Source: the human T2T-CHM13v2.0 reference genome, Homo sapiens. Taken from it: DNA of 64,000 bases. How positions within the stretch are numbered: the stretch's first letter is position 1; each line of letters begins with the position of its first letter. Of this stretch, positions 13,100-26,020 are shown in pieces. Both the position numbers and the translations under genes were made by a program. The stretch lies in the NCBI RefSeq assembly GCF_009914755.1, contig NC_060930.1. The stretch is one strand, 5' to 3'. The notes under the pieces are model-generated. The model was not told the DNA's origin and did no database searches. It saw only the letters and a list, made by a program, of their open reading frames with translations.

Positions 13100-13895
13100 T
13101 GTCTTAGTCTGTTCAGGCTGCTATCACAAGATGCCATAAACTGAGTGGCTTATTGTCTTTGTCCATTTTGTGTTGTTATAATAGAATACCTGAGGCTGGG
13201 TAATTTATTTGAAAAAAATAGGTTTTTTTAGCTCATGATTGTGGTGGCTGGAAAGTTCAAATGCATGGTGCCAGCCTCTGCTCAGCTTTTGGTGATGTCA
13301 TGTGCTGTGCTGTATCAAGACTTGGTGGGTAAGCAGAAAGGCAAGTGGAATGTGCAAAGAGAGACTAAACAAGTCACTTCATAACAACTCATTCTTGAGA
13401 GAACAAATCCATTCCCGAGAGAGTGAGAACTCAGTCACTTACTTCAAAGATTAACAGGCATTAATCTATTCATGAGGAATCTACCCCGATAACCCAAACA
13501 CCTCCCACTAGGCTCTACCTCCCAACACTGCCACACTGGCAATTAAACTTCCAATGTGACTTTTGGTGGGGACAAACAATAGCACTTATAAACAACAGAA
13601 ATTTATTTCTCACAGTTCAGGAGGCTGGGAAGGTCAAGATCAGGGCACTGGTAGATTCAGTATCTGGAGAAGGGCCATTTTCTGGTTCATAATATCTTTA
13701 TAGACAGTACCTTCTCACTCTAACCTCAATGGCAGAAAGGGGCAAGGGAGTGCTCTGGGGTTTCTTTTATATAAGGGCACTAATCCTATTCATGAGGGTT
13801 CCACTAGCATGACCAAATCACCTCAAAAGGCCCCATCTCCAATATTATCATATTAGGAATTAAGTGTCCACATATAGAACATTTAGTCTATTGAA
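13100..13895 (-). mobile_element. MLT1A-type solo LTR
   Basis: Starts tgtcttagtctg. 5-bp TSD gtcat at 13095-13099 and 13896-13900. Confidence 0.85.
13154..13584 (-). mobile_element. MSTB-type solo LTR nested in the MLT1A
   Basis: tgtctttgtcc...atagca. 5-bp TSD cttat at 13149-13153 and 13585-13589. Confidence 0.88.
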
Positions 13896-14153
13896 GTCAT
13901 GTAGGCATGCAGTGACATATGACTGATCTCAGGTATTCAGACCCCACCACCTGCCCAGAGCAAAAAACAGGTATAAGCATTAGTGAATTTTCAAAAGGGT
14001 AATTTGGGAGGGTCAGAGCTCCTGAGCCACTTCGTGGGGACCCAGCAAATGGTCCATGGCAGTGGTGGCCGAGGACAGGAACAGAGATGGTGATGACGTG
14101 GAGATGGAGAGGGAGCTGCTTGACCCAGCCCACTCTATTTCAAAAGAAAAGTT

Positions 14154-14488
<335 letters not shown>

Positions 14489-15379
14489 TTAATATAATAC
14501 AGTGTATTAAGAAGAAAAAACAAAAATTAAAGATGACTCCTGTGTTTCAATTTTTAAGTCCTGTCTAAAGTACCAAAGACACATGATTGGAGTACCATGG
14601 GTAAATAATATTATTCATCCTAATAAGAAACTTCTCTTTGAATTTTTAGTGTATGATTAAATTATTTTCTTCCATTTGGCACAAGATTCTCATTATACTT
14701 AGAACCATTATCCCCATTGGCAAAAGAAGTTTTCTTGCCCAGAATTAAGCTGATTGCCAAATTACCATTTGTGCTGACAATGTGTAAGTGTCATAGCTTT
14801 TGTTTCTAAGTTACTCTTGCTCCCTGATGAACGATGATTTAGTTTGTGTAGCTGTTTAACGCACCAAGTTTTAAAGCCTAGTCATAACTTTTAGTTCAAG
14901 ATGTTTGACCTTTTTATCCACATTTAAATATCTGAAAAACACTTGGAAACCTCAGCTGAAAGATCAAACAAAATTCTGTCACCAAGGTTCCTGACCTTTC
15001 TACATTTCTGAGAAAAGGAATTAAGACTTCAGGCTTTCTTAATACACATTTGAAACTAAGTTCATTGATTGAGGGCTTTCTGTTCTGCATTTGTCTCCTT
15101 GGCTGCAGCTAATGTCAGTGTGAAATCTGTGGCCCTCCATCTATTATTTTCTCTTTTTTCTCCAACTTTTATAAAGTTCAAATGACTTTCAGTGGAGTAA
15201 ATGAATGAAAAAATACAAGTCCAGATTCTGTATAGGTCTGAGTAGTAAAATGGTCAGGATCTTAAATTAAAATGCTAAAATATCAATAATCCTAAAACTG
15301 ACTTCTAGAGAGAGGTTTACTTGAATCTGGAACCTCATTCTTGTTTTCATTTGGTAAAACTGAATATTTTCTATTTCTT

Positions 15380-15915
15380 CATGTATTCAGTGAATGATTG
15401 CTTGTTGAGGCCTACTCTGTGCCAGGTACTCGGTATACCTCAGTGAACAAAACTAAGACTTTTCACTCATGAAGCTTACACCAGAGTGGTGATATAAAAC
15501 AATAAGCATGACAAATAAGTACATCTATGATAGGTGAGGAGGTGATTGGTGCTCTGAGAAGAAGAAAATGTAGAGCAGGGTAGGAAGGAATAGAGAGTAG
15601 GGTGGGCTGGAGGTGCTGCTGTTTTAAAGGTGGAGATCAAGCCAACCTCCTGGAGGTGAGAAAGGAGCACAAACCTGAAGGATGTGAAGGAAATGCCAGA
15701 AAGAAAGAGCATTCCAGGCAGAGGGAAGAGCAGGGCAAAGACTCTACTGTGGGTCATTGCCTAGAATGTTCCAGAAACAGGAGGCCAGTGTGAGTGGAGT
15801 GGAGCAGGCCAGGAGGATAGTGGAAGGAGAGGCAGTCAGGGCAGCACCATGGAGGATCAGAACAGCAGGGCTTTGGGAGCCCTTGTAAGGACTCTGGCTC
15901 TACTCTTTGAATAGT
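15380..15915 (-). mobile_element. L2a 3' fragment
   Basis: ctactctgtgccaggtact...attccaggcagagggaagagcagggcaaagac. Confidence 0.85.
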
Positions 15916-16182
15916 CTGTTTTTATGTTAATGACTTTCTTTTGTTTGTTTAGCAGAGGATGTAGGCTGTTGCAAGCATAGGCAATTATTAGGTACTCAGA
16001 CATACCTGTTGACAAACTCAAGACCCCATTTAACAGATTAAATAGAATCATAGCTGTACATTGATGGCATAGTATCATCATTATTGATTTGCCGGTCATT
16101 CTCTCTCCAGATTGAATTTCTCCAGGATGGGAATGGAAACTTCGTTATCTCTGTATCACTAGTGCCTGATAGGACATAAACA

Positions 16183-16686
16183 CAGTGCCTCACATTTTAT
16201 CACTTTAGTTTTTGCTGTCTCATGTCATTCCTTTATTACATCACATGCATTATTCTTCTCTTGTGGAGTACATACTTCCTGAAGTCCAAGATTATCTACA
16301 TTAGTGACCATAGCTATGCAATCTTCTTTTTCTTTTCATTGTCAGATGAATTTTCTGCTACTTAAGCTTATATTTTCAGCATCCCTCCAAGACATTCATG
16401 TCTATTTCTACCTCTATGCCTTTACACATTCCTCTTGCACTACATTTTGTACCTTTTTTTAGTAGCAAAATCCTCTCCCTTGCTAATGTCTACCTCAAGG
16501 CTCATCCATCTCCAGTGATGTTTTTCCCAACATCACCTACTCTTTTTTGTTCATTTACTCAGTGCCTTCTATTTTATCACTTTAGTTTTTGCTGTCTTAT
16601 GTCATTCCTTTATCATATCACACGTTATTCTTTTCTTGTGGAGTACATACTTCCTGAAGTCCAAGATTATCTACATTAGTGATCAT
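16183..16686 (+). repeat. Local direct duplication of about 125 bp (16183-16311 and 16560-16686)
   Basis: Both copies share tcttgtggagtacatacttcctgaagtccaagattatctacattagtga exactly. Confidence 0.95.
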
Positions 16687-16879
16687 TTGCAGAGTGTTTA
16701 TGTCCAAGCAGCCACTAATTTTACAGAGATAACTAAGTTTCCATTCCTATCCTGGAGAAATCCAATCTGGAGAGACAATGACTGACTGGCAAATCAGTGA
16801 TGATGATACTATGCCATCTATGTACAGCTATGATTCTGATAGTGACAACACCCTGAACAGAGAGGAAAAAGGAACCAGT

Positions 16880-17030
16880 ATGTATTAAATGCCAGTTACT
16901 GAGGATATTCTCACGTTACCTCATTTAATCCCTGCAATAGTCTGGCAGATAGAGGTTACAAACCTCATTTTAGAAGATGAGGAAATTGAGGTCCAGAGAG
17001 GTAAAGTGGCTTGTCCATGATTGCTAAGAT
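16880..17030 (-). mobile_element. MIR
   Basis: cattttagaagatgaggaaattgaggtccagagaggtaaagtggcttgtcc. Confidence 0.85.
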
Positions 17031-17619
17031 GGATATAATGAGTCCTGGGAAGTAAGTAGGTAGGCCTTTGATTTTTGCTTAACTACACAATTCTTCCACT
17101 TTCCTATTATCCTTTACCAGTCCAAAGAACACAGCAACTAAGAAATATGTTTTATGTCATCCAAACAAAATAGCAATTTATTTCATTTGTCTTAATGTTG
17201 CCTTTCAAATATCAGAGGATATCCATAGTATAGATATATTTCTTTATTTTATAAACTTCAATCTTTTCTCTCTTCAGACATTGATATAAAAAAGAAATCT
17301 AATTTTAGCCCTATTTTTCTCTTATAGTTTCTATTATCTGTTTGTTTAAAGATCAGTTGTGAAACAAAACTGTCAAATTCAAATCCTAACTCTGCCTTTT
17401 ATTCATTATAAGTAACTCAATTTAGCAGTTTTAGGTCACTTCATTTGTAAAATAGAGATACCAATATAAGGACCCTGCCAGAATTAATATTTTTTAAATA
17501 TCTGCTACTATGTAACTGAAAAATACCATTTTAGTGAACAGAATTACAGATTTATTTGCAGGCATACAAAAGACTATAGGATACAAGTTTTATTGATTAG
17601 GTGGTTTCTCAAGTAACTT

Positions 17620-18190
17620 ATGGAAATAAAGACCATCGATAAGAGAACAAACAAAGGCTTTTTATTCAGGACTTGCTATAATATATCGAAGGAGTCAGCC
17701 ACCATCACTTGCATTTTGGCAAAGATTCACAGGCAGGCAGAAGAATGGGAAAGCTTTATAGTTGAGGAAAAAAAAAAAAAAAAACACCTTTAGGTATGCC
17801 CTGATTGGAGGTTGTTGGCATGGAGAAGCTGTAGGCAGACTAACTAAAAGTGGGACATCCCACATGATTGGTTAAGGGTTCAAATTTGGCTTTCTCTGGT
17901 TGGTCCTGAGTTGGGAGCAAGAACAAAAACTATGAAGCTCTCTGTTACTAATCAAATCCTGGCCATTTGGGGCCAATTGTTACAAAGGATATTATTTGGC
18001 TTCCAGAATCAATTGCTAGAGATCGTGGTCTTACTTCCTACAAATCTGACTTACAGCAGACTGGCTTCCATGCTGGTTATTGCAGATAATGAGTTAGTTT
18101 CCTGGACTGATTACTGCACACTGTGGGCCAGACTTCTATTTTTATGCACAGCCTGGCTAATGCCTGTTTGTATATTCAGTCTCCCACTGT
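17620..18190 (-). mobile_element. ERV1-class LTR (MER67-like)
   Basis: Multiple reverse CCAAT (gattgg) boxes and an end reading ...gtttgtatattcagtctc. Family assignment from memory. Confidence 0.6.
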
Positions 18191-18519
18191 AGATCTATCA
18201 ACAGTTGACTTAGCAGGTCTGCATGATTTACAAAACTTTATGTGTGCTAATGTATTGTTATTTTTAAATTTTGCTCTGGAATAACTGAAACTCAAGGTGC
18301 TATACATGAAACTATATGGAACTTCTGAAAAATGAAATAACTTTTAAAAATCTTTATGACAAAAATCATAGCCACCAACACAGAAAAGGTAACTCAGATA
18401 TGTTAGAGAGAGTCATAAGAATCCTACCAACATTGTAGTGTTAGTAACTATTCTTTTGGCCACTTCACATGAAGGTGGCCAGAAACACAGAGTGGACATT
18501 TGTTCTTCACTGGATAATT

Positions 18520-18910
18520 CCTGACTGGTGATGCTTCTCTCCTCCATGCTCAGTTCTCATTGTTGGGGTGAGGTGAGGCTCTCCTTCTGGCCCTAGGGGG
18601 TAGTCCCAGGCCTAAGCCAATCAATACATCATATTTTATGACCACAATGATTGGTTCAAATAAACTCATGACCTAACCTGGTCCAAAAAAGTAAATTTCA
18701 GGATTTTTAATGAGAATCCTGGAACTAATATTCTCACATTTTCCTGTTGGGCATGAGCCAGGAAGACTGTAACCCCAAGGACAATTGGCAGCCATCTTGC
18801 ATAAATGAAAAGAATGTAAGACTGAGAATAAGATCAACATAAATAAAGCATAGTCCAGCAGTAAAGAAAGAGGAACCAGAGAGCAACTGATGACATCATT
18901 TGAATCTGAG
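18520..18910 (+). mobile_element. Old MLT1 (K/L-like) LTR
   Basis: cccaggcctaagccaatca...gattggttca...ggcagccatcttg...tgatgacatcatttga. Confidence 0.7.
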
Positions 18911-19693
18911 TATTTTCTATTTATAGCTTCATAGTCTTTTCTTAATTATAAAATGAAACATAGCAAAGCATAAAGACAATACAAAGTGGGCTAAAGTAGC
19001 AAATAATCTCAATGCTCATAATCCTATCATCCAAAGGTGACCAAGGTAACATTTCAGAGGGCAGAATTTCAATAGGGAGAGTCAATTGGATGAAGACACT
19101 CTTATAGCTGGAAAATGAAGGCTGTGTTTGGGGCATAAACCAGAAGAGTAAAACCATGTCATACTTATCATCAATAGCAATACACAGAAATTACCATGCA
19201 AGATGAGACCATTTCTTCAGCAAAAGCCCTGTGACAAAGGTGATTATTTCTTTAAGGAGCAGCTTTAACCACAGACCAAAAGACAGGGTTTGACTATAGA
19301 CAGTGTAAGAAAAATAGCTGGTCTAGTCCAGGTTTGACTAGACAAATTCATACATGGAATCTCACTGTCAATGAAAAACTGCAAAGTCGATAGCTGAAGC
19401 CAAAGTAAGTGCCATTGATCTGAAGCAGTATGCCCTCAGGAAGCTTTCCATCAAGAAATGTACTTCTCAGCCCATACAGAAAGTGAAATAGGGAGCCATG
19501 CACATAGTGTGATTTCAGGACTACAAGTTTTCATTTGATCAGAAAAGTGCTTTCACTTTGGACCTTTTATATTCCCTTCTACTTAAGCCAAAATCTCCCA
19601 CCCCAGAGAAATTTTAGTGAGTTAGAGAACAAAGCCTAGTGCATTTGTTATATATATATATCCTCTAAAAGAAATGAAATTTGACTGAGCCAG

Positions 19694-20244
19694 TGTTATG
19701 TAAGTGAGCCAGAGACAGGTCTTGTTTATTAGCCTAGAATGGCTCCAATGTTACTTCCTCACAGTAGGCTGGAACCATTAGCCCAAAGCCAACAGCAAAC
19801 CCAAATTACCTCACATCCATTAAATATAGTCCAAATAAACATATTTTTAGCCATTCAGAGCCTACCTACTTATATACTCCATGAAACTGCACCCAACATC
19901 TGCTCGCCATAGATAAGACAAAGCCTGTAGCTATAAAAGATGCCAAAACTCTGTTGCCTTTCAGAGTTCTCTGACCTAGAAACACCCCACCTTGTTGCTG
20001 AGCAACATCACTTAGACCTGGAAGCCCCCTCTCTGATTTTGCCCTCTCCCTTGTGAGTTTCCCTGCCCTATACCCTTTTTTAGGTGGTGGCCTCTTGCTG
20101 CTGTTACTGGAAGGTAGCTCGCTAGAAGGGACTTCCCCTCTCATGCAGCCCTATCAAGGCACTACCCAGTAACTTTATTTTGTGTTGCTACTTCCCATGA
20201 TCCCATCTCTTTCTTGTTCAACCCCCAAATCTCTGAACTTACCA
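19694..20244 (+). mobile_element. ERV solo LTR, family not assigned
   Basis: TG...CA ends, TATA-like ctataaaag near 19932, flanked by the direct repeat gagccag (19687-19693 and 20245-20251). Confidence 0.6.
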
Positions 20245-23200
20245 GAGCCAGCTGAGTCCAGACTTTCTTAATTCATTTGTGCCATCCTGTGCAGAAGAAA
20301 TATGTTCTCAAAACCTTGTTAATGAAATAAATTTCATTGTACATTAATATTAATATACTTCTTCTGCTCATCCAAGTTCTGAACTGACTGAGAGATAAAA
20401 GAGTCAACAGGATAACGATCAAATTTCCGATGGAACTACTGAAGACCATGGCATTCCTGTGGGCTTCCTAATGCTGCACCCAGAATTAGGCAGATTTACA
20501 CTCAGTGTCAGGAGGAGCTGAAGATCCAACCTTCCCCCTCCAGGGGCAGATCAGAGCTCATGCTTTCTCCAGGCAGATGTACCCCAAAGTGATAGTCAGA
20601 GAAAAGGATAGTCTTTTCCCAAGTGCACCAGGCCCAGAAACCACTGAGTGATGGGGACAACATAGGCTGAGGGTTTCCTAATGGATGGCCCCCCATGCAC
20701 ATGGAAGGAAGCAGGAGCATTAGGAATAAGTGTCATCCCCTAACAATTATATTCTCTTTTGTGATTACAACTTATCATAAAAATAGAAATGTTTCTATGG
20801 ACAAAGTTCAAATCCAAGATGATATGATTTTACTTAAGAACCACCAAACTTTTATAATCATATATTTAAAGGAGGGATGCTATTATTCCTTCTGATAAAA
20901 TGCATATTTAAATACTCAAATTATATCAGTGAAGGCTACTAAATGTATTTTCATGTTTTGAATAATAATACACTAGCCAAAAAATACATCAGCTTAACTG
21001 AATGCAACACAATGGCCTGAAAAACCTTTCGTTTCCATGAAAATTTCATATTGTATTCTATGCTAGGAAACCAAACCACAGTTTTAGGTTTGTTTAGAAC
21101 CTTTTCCAGTGATTGTAGTTACTTCTGGCTTTTGAAAATGAACAGTTCCATCGCAGTTCAAAGAATGAAGAGGCACCAAACTCCAGCAGTGGTGACAGCC
21201 TAAAATATAGCAACAAAGGAGAGGAGAGCATGTGTGGGAACACATCGCCCTAAGTGTCTCCCAGGCAAGTTGTCATATGATGTTTATCAAGTGACAACCT
21301 CGATTACAAATTCTGTAAGCTCACATATCTGCCTGGCATGCTTCTGTATTATGAGGTATACTTGTAAATATCAACCAGGCTGAAATGAAGCATATAAAAC
21401 TTAAGTCACAGGAAACAAGAAGGGAAAAGTTTTGAGCATATGAGAACAAGGGGTTATGTAAGGGTGCTGTGGCTTTAACTGTAAGCCCTGAAACCCTGAG
21501 CGTGTTGTGACACTGTTGTGACATTTAAGAAGAGTTACACCAGACAATTTAGATTTCACTGTGACATATGCTGTATAAATTCTTTAATGTTTAGCTTATC
21601 TTGCACTAAACAGCAGAAGAATACTTAGTAAGTGCAAGTAGGTCAACATCACTTTAATTTGCATTATCAGTTCAGAAGAACATTTTACACTATATGTGTT
21701 GTGATAAAACACTGTGTCATTTCTGTCACCCAATGCAGAGTATTTTTAGGTCTTTGCACATTATGTGTAGAGATATTTGGTATTGCCTTTAATGTAACTT
21801 GCCATCTGTGTTCTAGTTTCTAAGCATTGGCAGAAGCGAGCTAAAAGCATTGGCCAAACTTCAAGGGGTTAAGATTTTTGCTAACAAATATGGACTATTT
21901 GATATGAAAACCATCACTGTTTGATATGTCAAATAAAACATTTGTCAATCAAAAGTCTTTAAGCACTGGGCTATGTGACATTTACTCTTTTATAAACCAA
22001 CAAAGTCCCTGGTGGCATGCCTTTTTTCCTCTCATTTAAATAGTAGTAGGAGAACAAATCATACTTCAGGGCAAGTTGATAACTGCCAGTCACGATTCCT
22101 GCCTTGTTTACTATAATGAGGAGGGTAATAAATGCATCTGACCATTTCAGCTGGCATTTGCATAGATGAATGATTTGTCCAGTCAGTCACTCTCCAGTGA
22201 TTTGGGTCTTTTTGTCAGCACAAAGAGCATTCAATCTCTCTGGAATTTACAGCAGCCAAGCTCTCATTAGCAAACATCCTTTACCATGAATGATTCAAAT
22301 AATTACCACTGAAATAATAAACTGTTTCACAAAAACATTTTATTTGATGGCTCCAAACATCAACTTTTCTGAATTGTTGACATTCAAATAAGCCAGAGAG
22401 CTTCATTGTTAAGGAACAATGGCACTCTTGTTAAAGGGTGGGCATTGTTTTACCTCCAATAGACCTTTAAACTTGGCTGGCTATCAAATGCGTCCCTCAA
22501 ACTGCCAGCCAACATTGTGGGTAATCAGAGGGCATGTACCAGATGGAGCAGTTAAAACTTTACATATTCAAACTCCAGGAAATATTCTTTAGATTTTCTT
22601 TTGAGGTTGTAAACCTAGAACTCCAGATTAATTAGCAGCTGCTACTTTGTATCTTTTTTGCACCTATTGGAGCCAAATAATATTAAATGTCCTCACTTAT
22701 ACTGAGCTATTCAAGTGTGAGTTCTTTGCTGTAATGGTATTCTATGTGTATAATTAAGTGTTATTTGATATAGTTTTAGAGTTCGAACAAATGAGCAAGC
22801 AACAATTATACCTTATTATGATCTTCTCTAGTGCATAGCCATAGGGTTGCTCTCAGTGCATTACCAAATGCATAGCACCAGCCAGGCAGCAGTTCCTGTT
22901 ATCAACTTTTTTCACCCTTTGCGCCATGCATAATTTAGAGAGTTTTATTAATTTTGAAGTGGTTTAATGTATGTGCATGTTCTAAAGATCTAGGTAGATT
23001 GTATGACTAAGTTTAGCTTTCATAGAGCAATTGTTTATGTATGTAAATGTCTGAAAAATATTTTCCCTCAAATCTTAAAAAGCTATGGTTTCATTTAAAT
23101 AGATTAACTGACACATTGCACCTTCTTCCTTACCTGCAAGGAAAAATTCAGGAAGGGAACGAGTGGAATATATTTCTGTGCTTTGCAAATTTCCTCATTA

Positions 23201-24016
23201 CTTTGCTTTCACTTTCAAATTTAGACATGTTATATATAGCAAGAATGGAAAACTGTCAACAATACTGAAATACCTTGATGTTCATACAAAATTACAACAC
23301 GATACAGGAAAATCATGATTGTTGGCAAGCAAAATTTTAAAATGTTAACTTTGCAGACTATCTTAAAGATATTAATAATACCAAGTAGATTATATAGACC
23401 CAATAGCCTCACTCTCGTAGAAGTCAAGAATGTCAAAATTACCCTTTAAGATGTGCCTGATACAGACGGCCACTTAAAACAGCATGCAATTCCTGAAGCT
23501 TCCATTTCTATCTCACAAAGATAGATGCAAATTAGAAACATAATTTGTCAAACTTAAAATAATTTACTTTCCTTTATTGGGACATTGTGTCCAAATTCTC
23601 AAGTTTCTCCTTTGCTACTAGCTCAGAGCCTTTTACTCCAAATGGTTGGTGGCTTTTTTGTTTTTCCTTCCAGATGCTGCCTGTCCTGGCTGGTAATCAT
23701 AGGCAAGACTACAGAGCCCATTTTTCATTTTGCTATTTGGCTTGTCAAATCAAAGGTCAAGAGATGATGAAGAAACCTCAAAATAGTCCAGGATTGGCAG
23801 ATTTTCCCCTAAGTTTTCTAACAGAATTTGGTGCTTATGAAAGTAAGGGAATAAAGAAGTGGCTATAGCCATAAATCATGAAGGCAAGAGCTTTCTAAGT
23901 TTTGCACGGTTTCACTGCCTAGTGCCCAGAGACCCAGAAAAGAAAAGTGAGGTGTCCTACCGTTAATAGTGCCATCCCCATGGTCTCAGGGCTGGGGGTA
24001 TGTGAGGCCAGCTTTC

Positions 24017-24024
24017 TGACGTCA
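24017..24024. promoter_or_regulatory. Full palindromic CRE (TGACGTCA)
   Basis: ctgacgtcag, with its CpG retained in a CpG-poor background. Function unproven. Confidence 0.35.
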
Positions 24025-24779
24025 GCTCATCGTTCGTGATTGGAGATGTTGACAAAGAATAAGTACAGCTTAACTCTTTAGCTGTGATACTTTTCAGACA
24101 TGACTTGATATACTAGGGATATAGAATCACAGAATATCAGTGCCAAAAGCAACATCAGGATCACAGTAAGCAGCAGAACTTGTTGTACTCAAATTGTGTC
24201 TCTTGACAGCTCAGGCAGAGGTCACTCTCTTAGTTAGACCATCGTGATATGCCCTAAAGGCCCAAGCCTTATTTGTGATTACCTTTTTCATTACAAGTTT
24301 ACCCAGACAGCATATGCTCTATACATGTACAGACTTTCTTTAGTCTTAATAAAAATGATGACACTCTGTGTCATCAGCTAACAAAAGTGACTCTTGGCCT
24401 ACAGGCCTTTTCACGGCCATGTCACTCTAGGTGCTTGGACAAGAATCACACGTGGTAGTGTTGTTAGTTCTTCCCCAAAGTCCTTCAGGTTTAAAGCAGA
24501 GGTTTTGTTTTTCTAACAAATATTCCAGAAACTGCTACTATCAAGTTGCTAAGATGTTTTTAACCCCAGATCTTCAACTCATGTAGAAAAAGTATTGTCT
24601 TCAGTTCCATTTGGAAGGGAGAGGAGATAGACCCGTAGTTCCTTGTGAAACAGTTAATGCAATCTCTTGAGTTGTCTCAGAATATTGATGTGTTTGATGT
24701 TGTGGTTTGGTTGTAAGATTTAGGCATATATTTTGTCTTTAATAAGTGCTTTTATAATATTGAATTTTGCATTAAGTTG

Positions 24780-25199
24780 TGTTATGGGGCTGAATTGTGG
24801 CCCCCAAAATTCATATGTTGAATCCCCAGTATTTATGCAGTGTAGTACAAATGCAGAATGTGACCGTATTTGGAGTTAGAACCTTTAAAGAGATGACTAA
24901 GTTAAAATGAGGCTGTTAAAATGGGCCTTAATCCAGTCTGTCTGGTGTCCTTATAAGAAGAAGAAATTTAATCACAAAAGGAGAGATATCAGGGATACGA
25001 GTGTGCACACAAAAAACCATGTGAAGAGGCAGCAAGAGGGGACGTAGGCATCCGTAAGCCTAGGAGAGAGGTCTCAGGGGAAACCAACCATGCTAGCAGC
25101 TTAATCTTAGACTTCTAGCTGCCAGGATGCTGAGAAAATAAACCTCAGTTGTTTAAGCCATCCAGCCTTTTCTTATGGCAGCCCTAGCAAACTAATACA
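24780..25199 (+). mobile_element. MLT1B-type solo LTR
   Basis: tgttatggggctgaattgtg...gcagccctagcaaactaataca. Confidence 0.88.
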
Positions 25200-25899
25200 A
25201 GCTTCTTAAACGTATAACTTTCTCTAACCTCTGAAATAACCCTTGTTGGGCCCTCTACCTGAAATATGCTTTCTCTCCCTCTCCCTTTTGCCTGACTAGC
25301 TCCTACTCATCTTTCACATCTCAGTTTAGACAGTGCCTCCTCCAGGAAGACTCCCTTCACTACATAGCCTAAGCCCGGTGCCCTTCCTATGACAATGGCA
25401 TGTCATGACACTTACATGGTGCTAAGCAGGAAACCTGAATTCACACTCTTGTAAGCAGCAGCCAAGCATAATAGGTTTGGCATTTGACCTTGCTTTGCCC
25501 CATTTAAAAAAAAATGCAATGTTACAACTCTCAGTGACATTGTCAGCTTGCTCCTCTGTAAGGAAAGCAAAAAAATTCCAAGTACATGTGTGCTGCACTA
25601 GCTTTGGTAAAGTATTTTTTCAGTCAGGATTGGTTAAAAAAAAAAGAGTATAAACCAAAGAGAGTTAGGGTAGGCAAGAGAAGTTTCAACCAAAATGTTG
25701 GCATAATGTAAACCCGCAAGTGGGAACAATGTAAGTGAGGGAAATTTGGGGAAGCTTTCTGTTAGAATACATACACAATGGAAAATCACCAACTTTAGAA
25801 ATAGAATAAATAGTAATATAAAAGTAGAATTGTTAAAGTCCTGGACTTATGCACTTAAACTTGCAAGATTCCATGCCATACTGACTGTTGATCTACTAG

Positions 25900-26020
25900 A
25901 GGCACATACATATATATACATACAGAAATACACACATATGTACACACAGACATGTACTCACTCACATATCCATGTACACATATACATGAACATGTACATG
26001 TACATACATATGCACACACA
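25900..26020. repeat. (CATA/TACA)n low-complexity tract
   Basis: Read directly from the sequence. Confidence 0.85.

Larger units (their letters stand above)
12830..13990. mobile_element. MER21-like LTR split by nested MaLR LTRs
   Basis: ggtttattacagtgagaagatacag...gggtttttactgggggtcagtcat, resuming as gtcatgtaggcatg at 13896. Confidence 0.7.
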
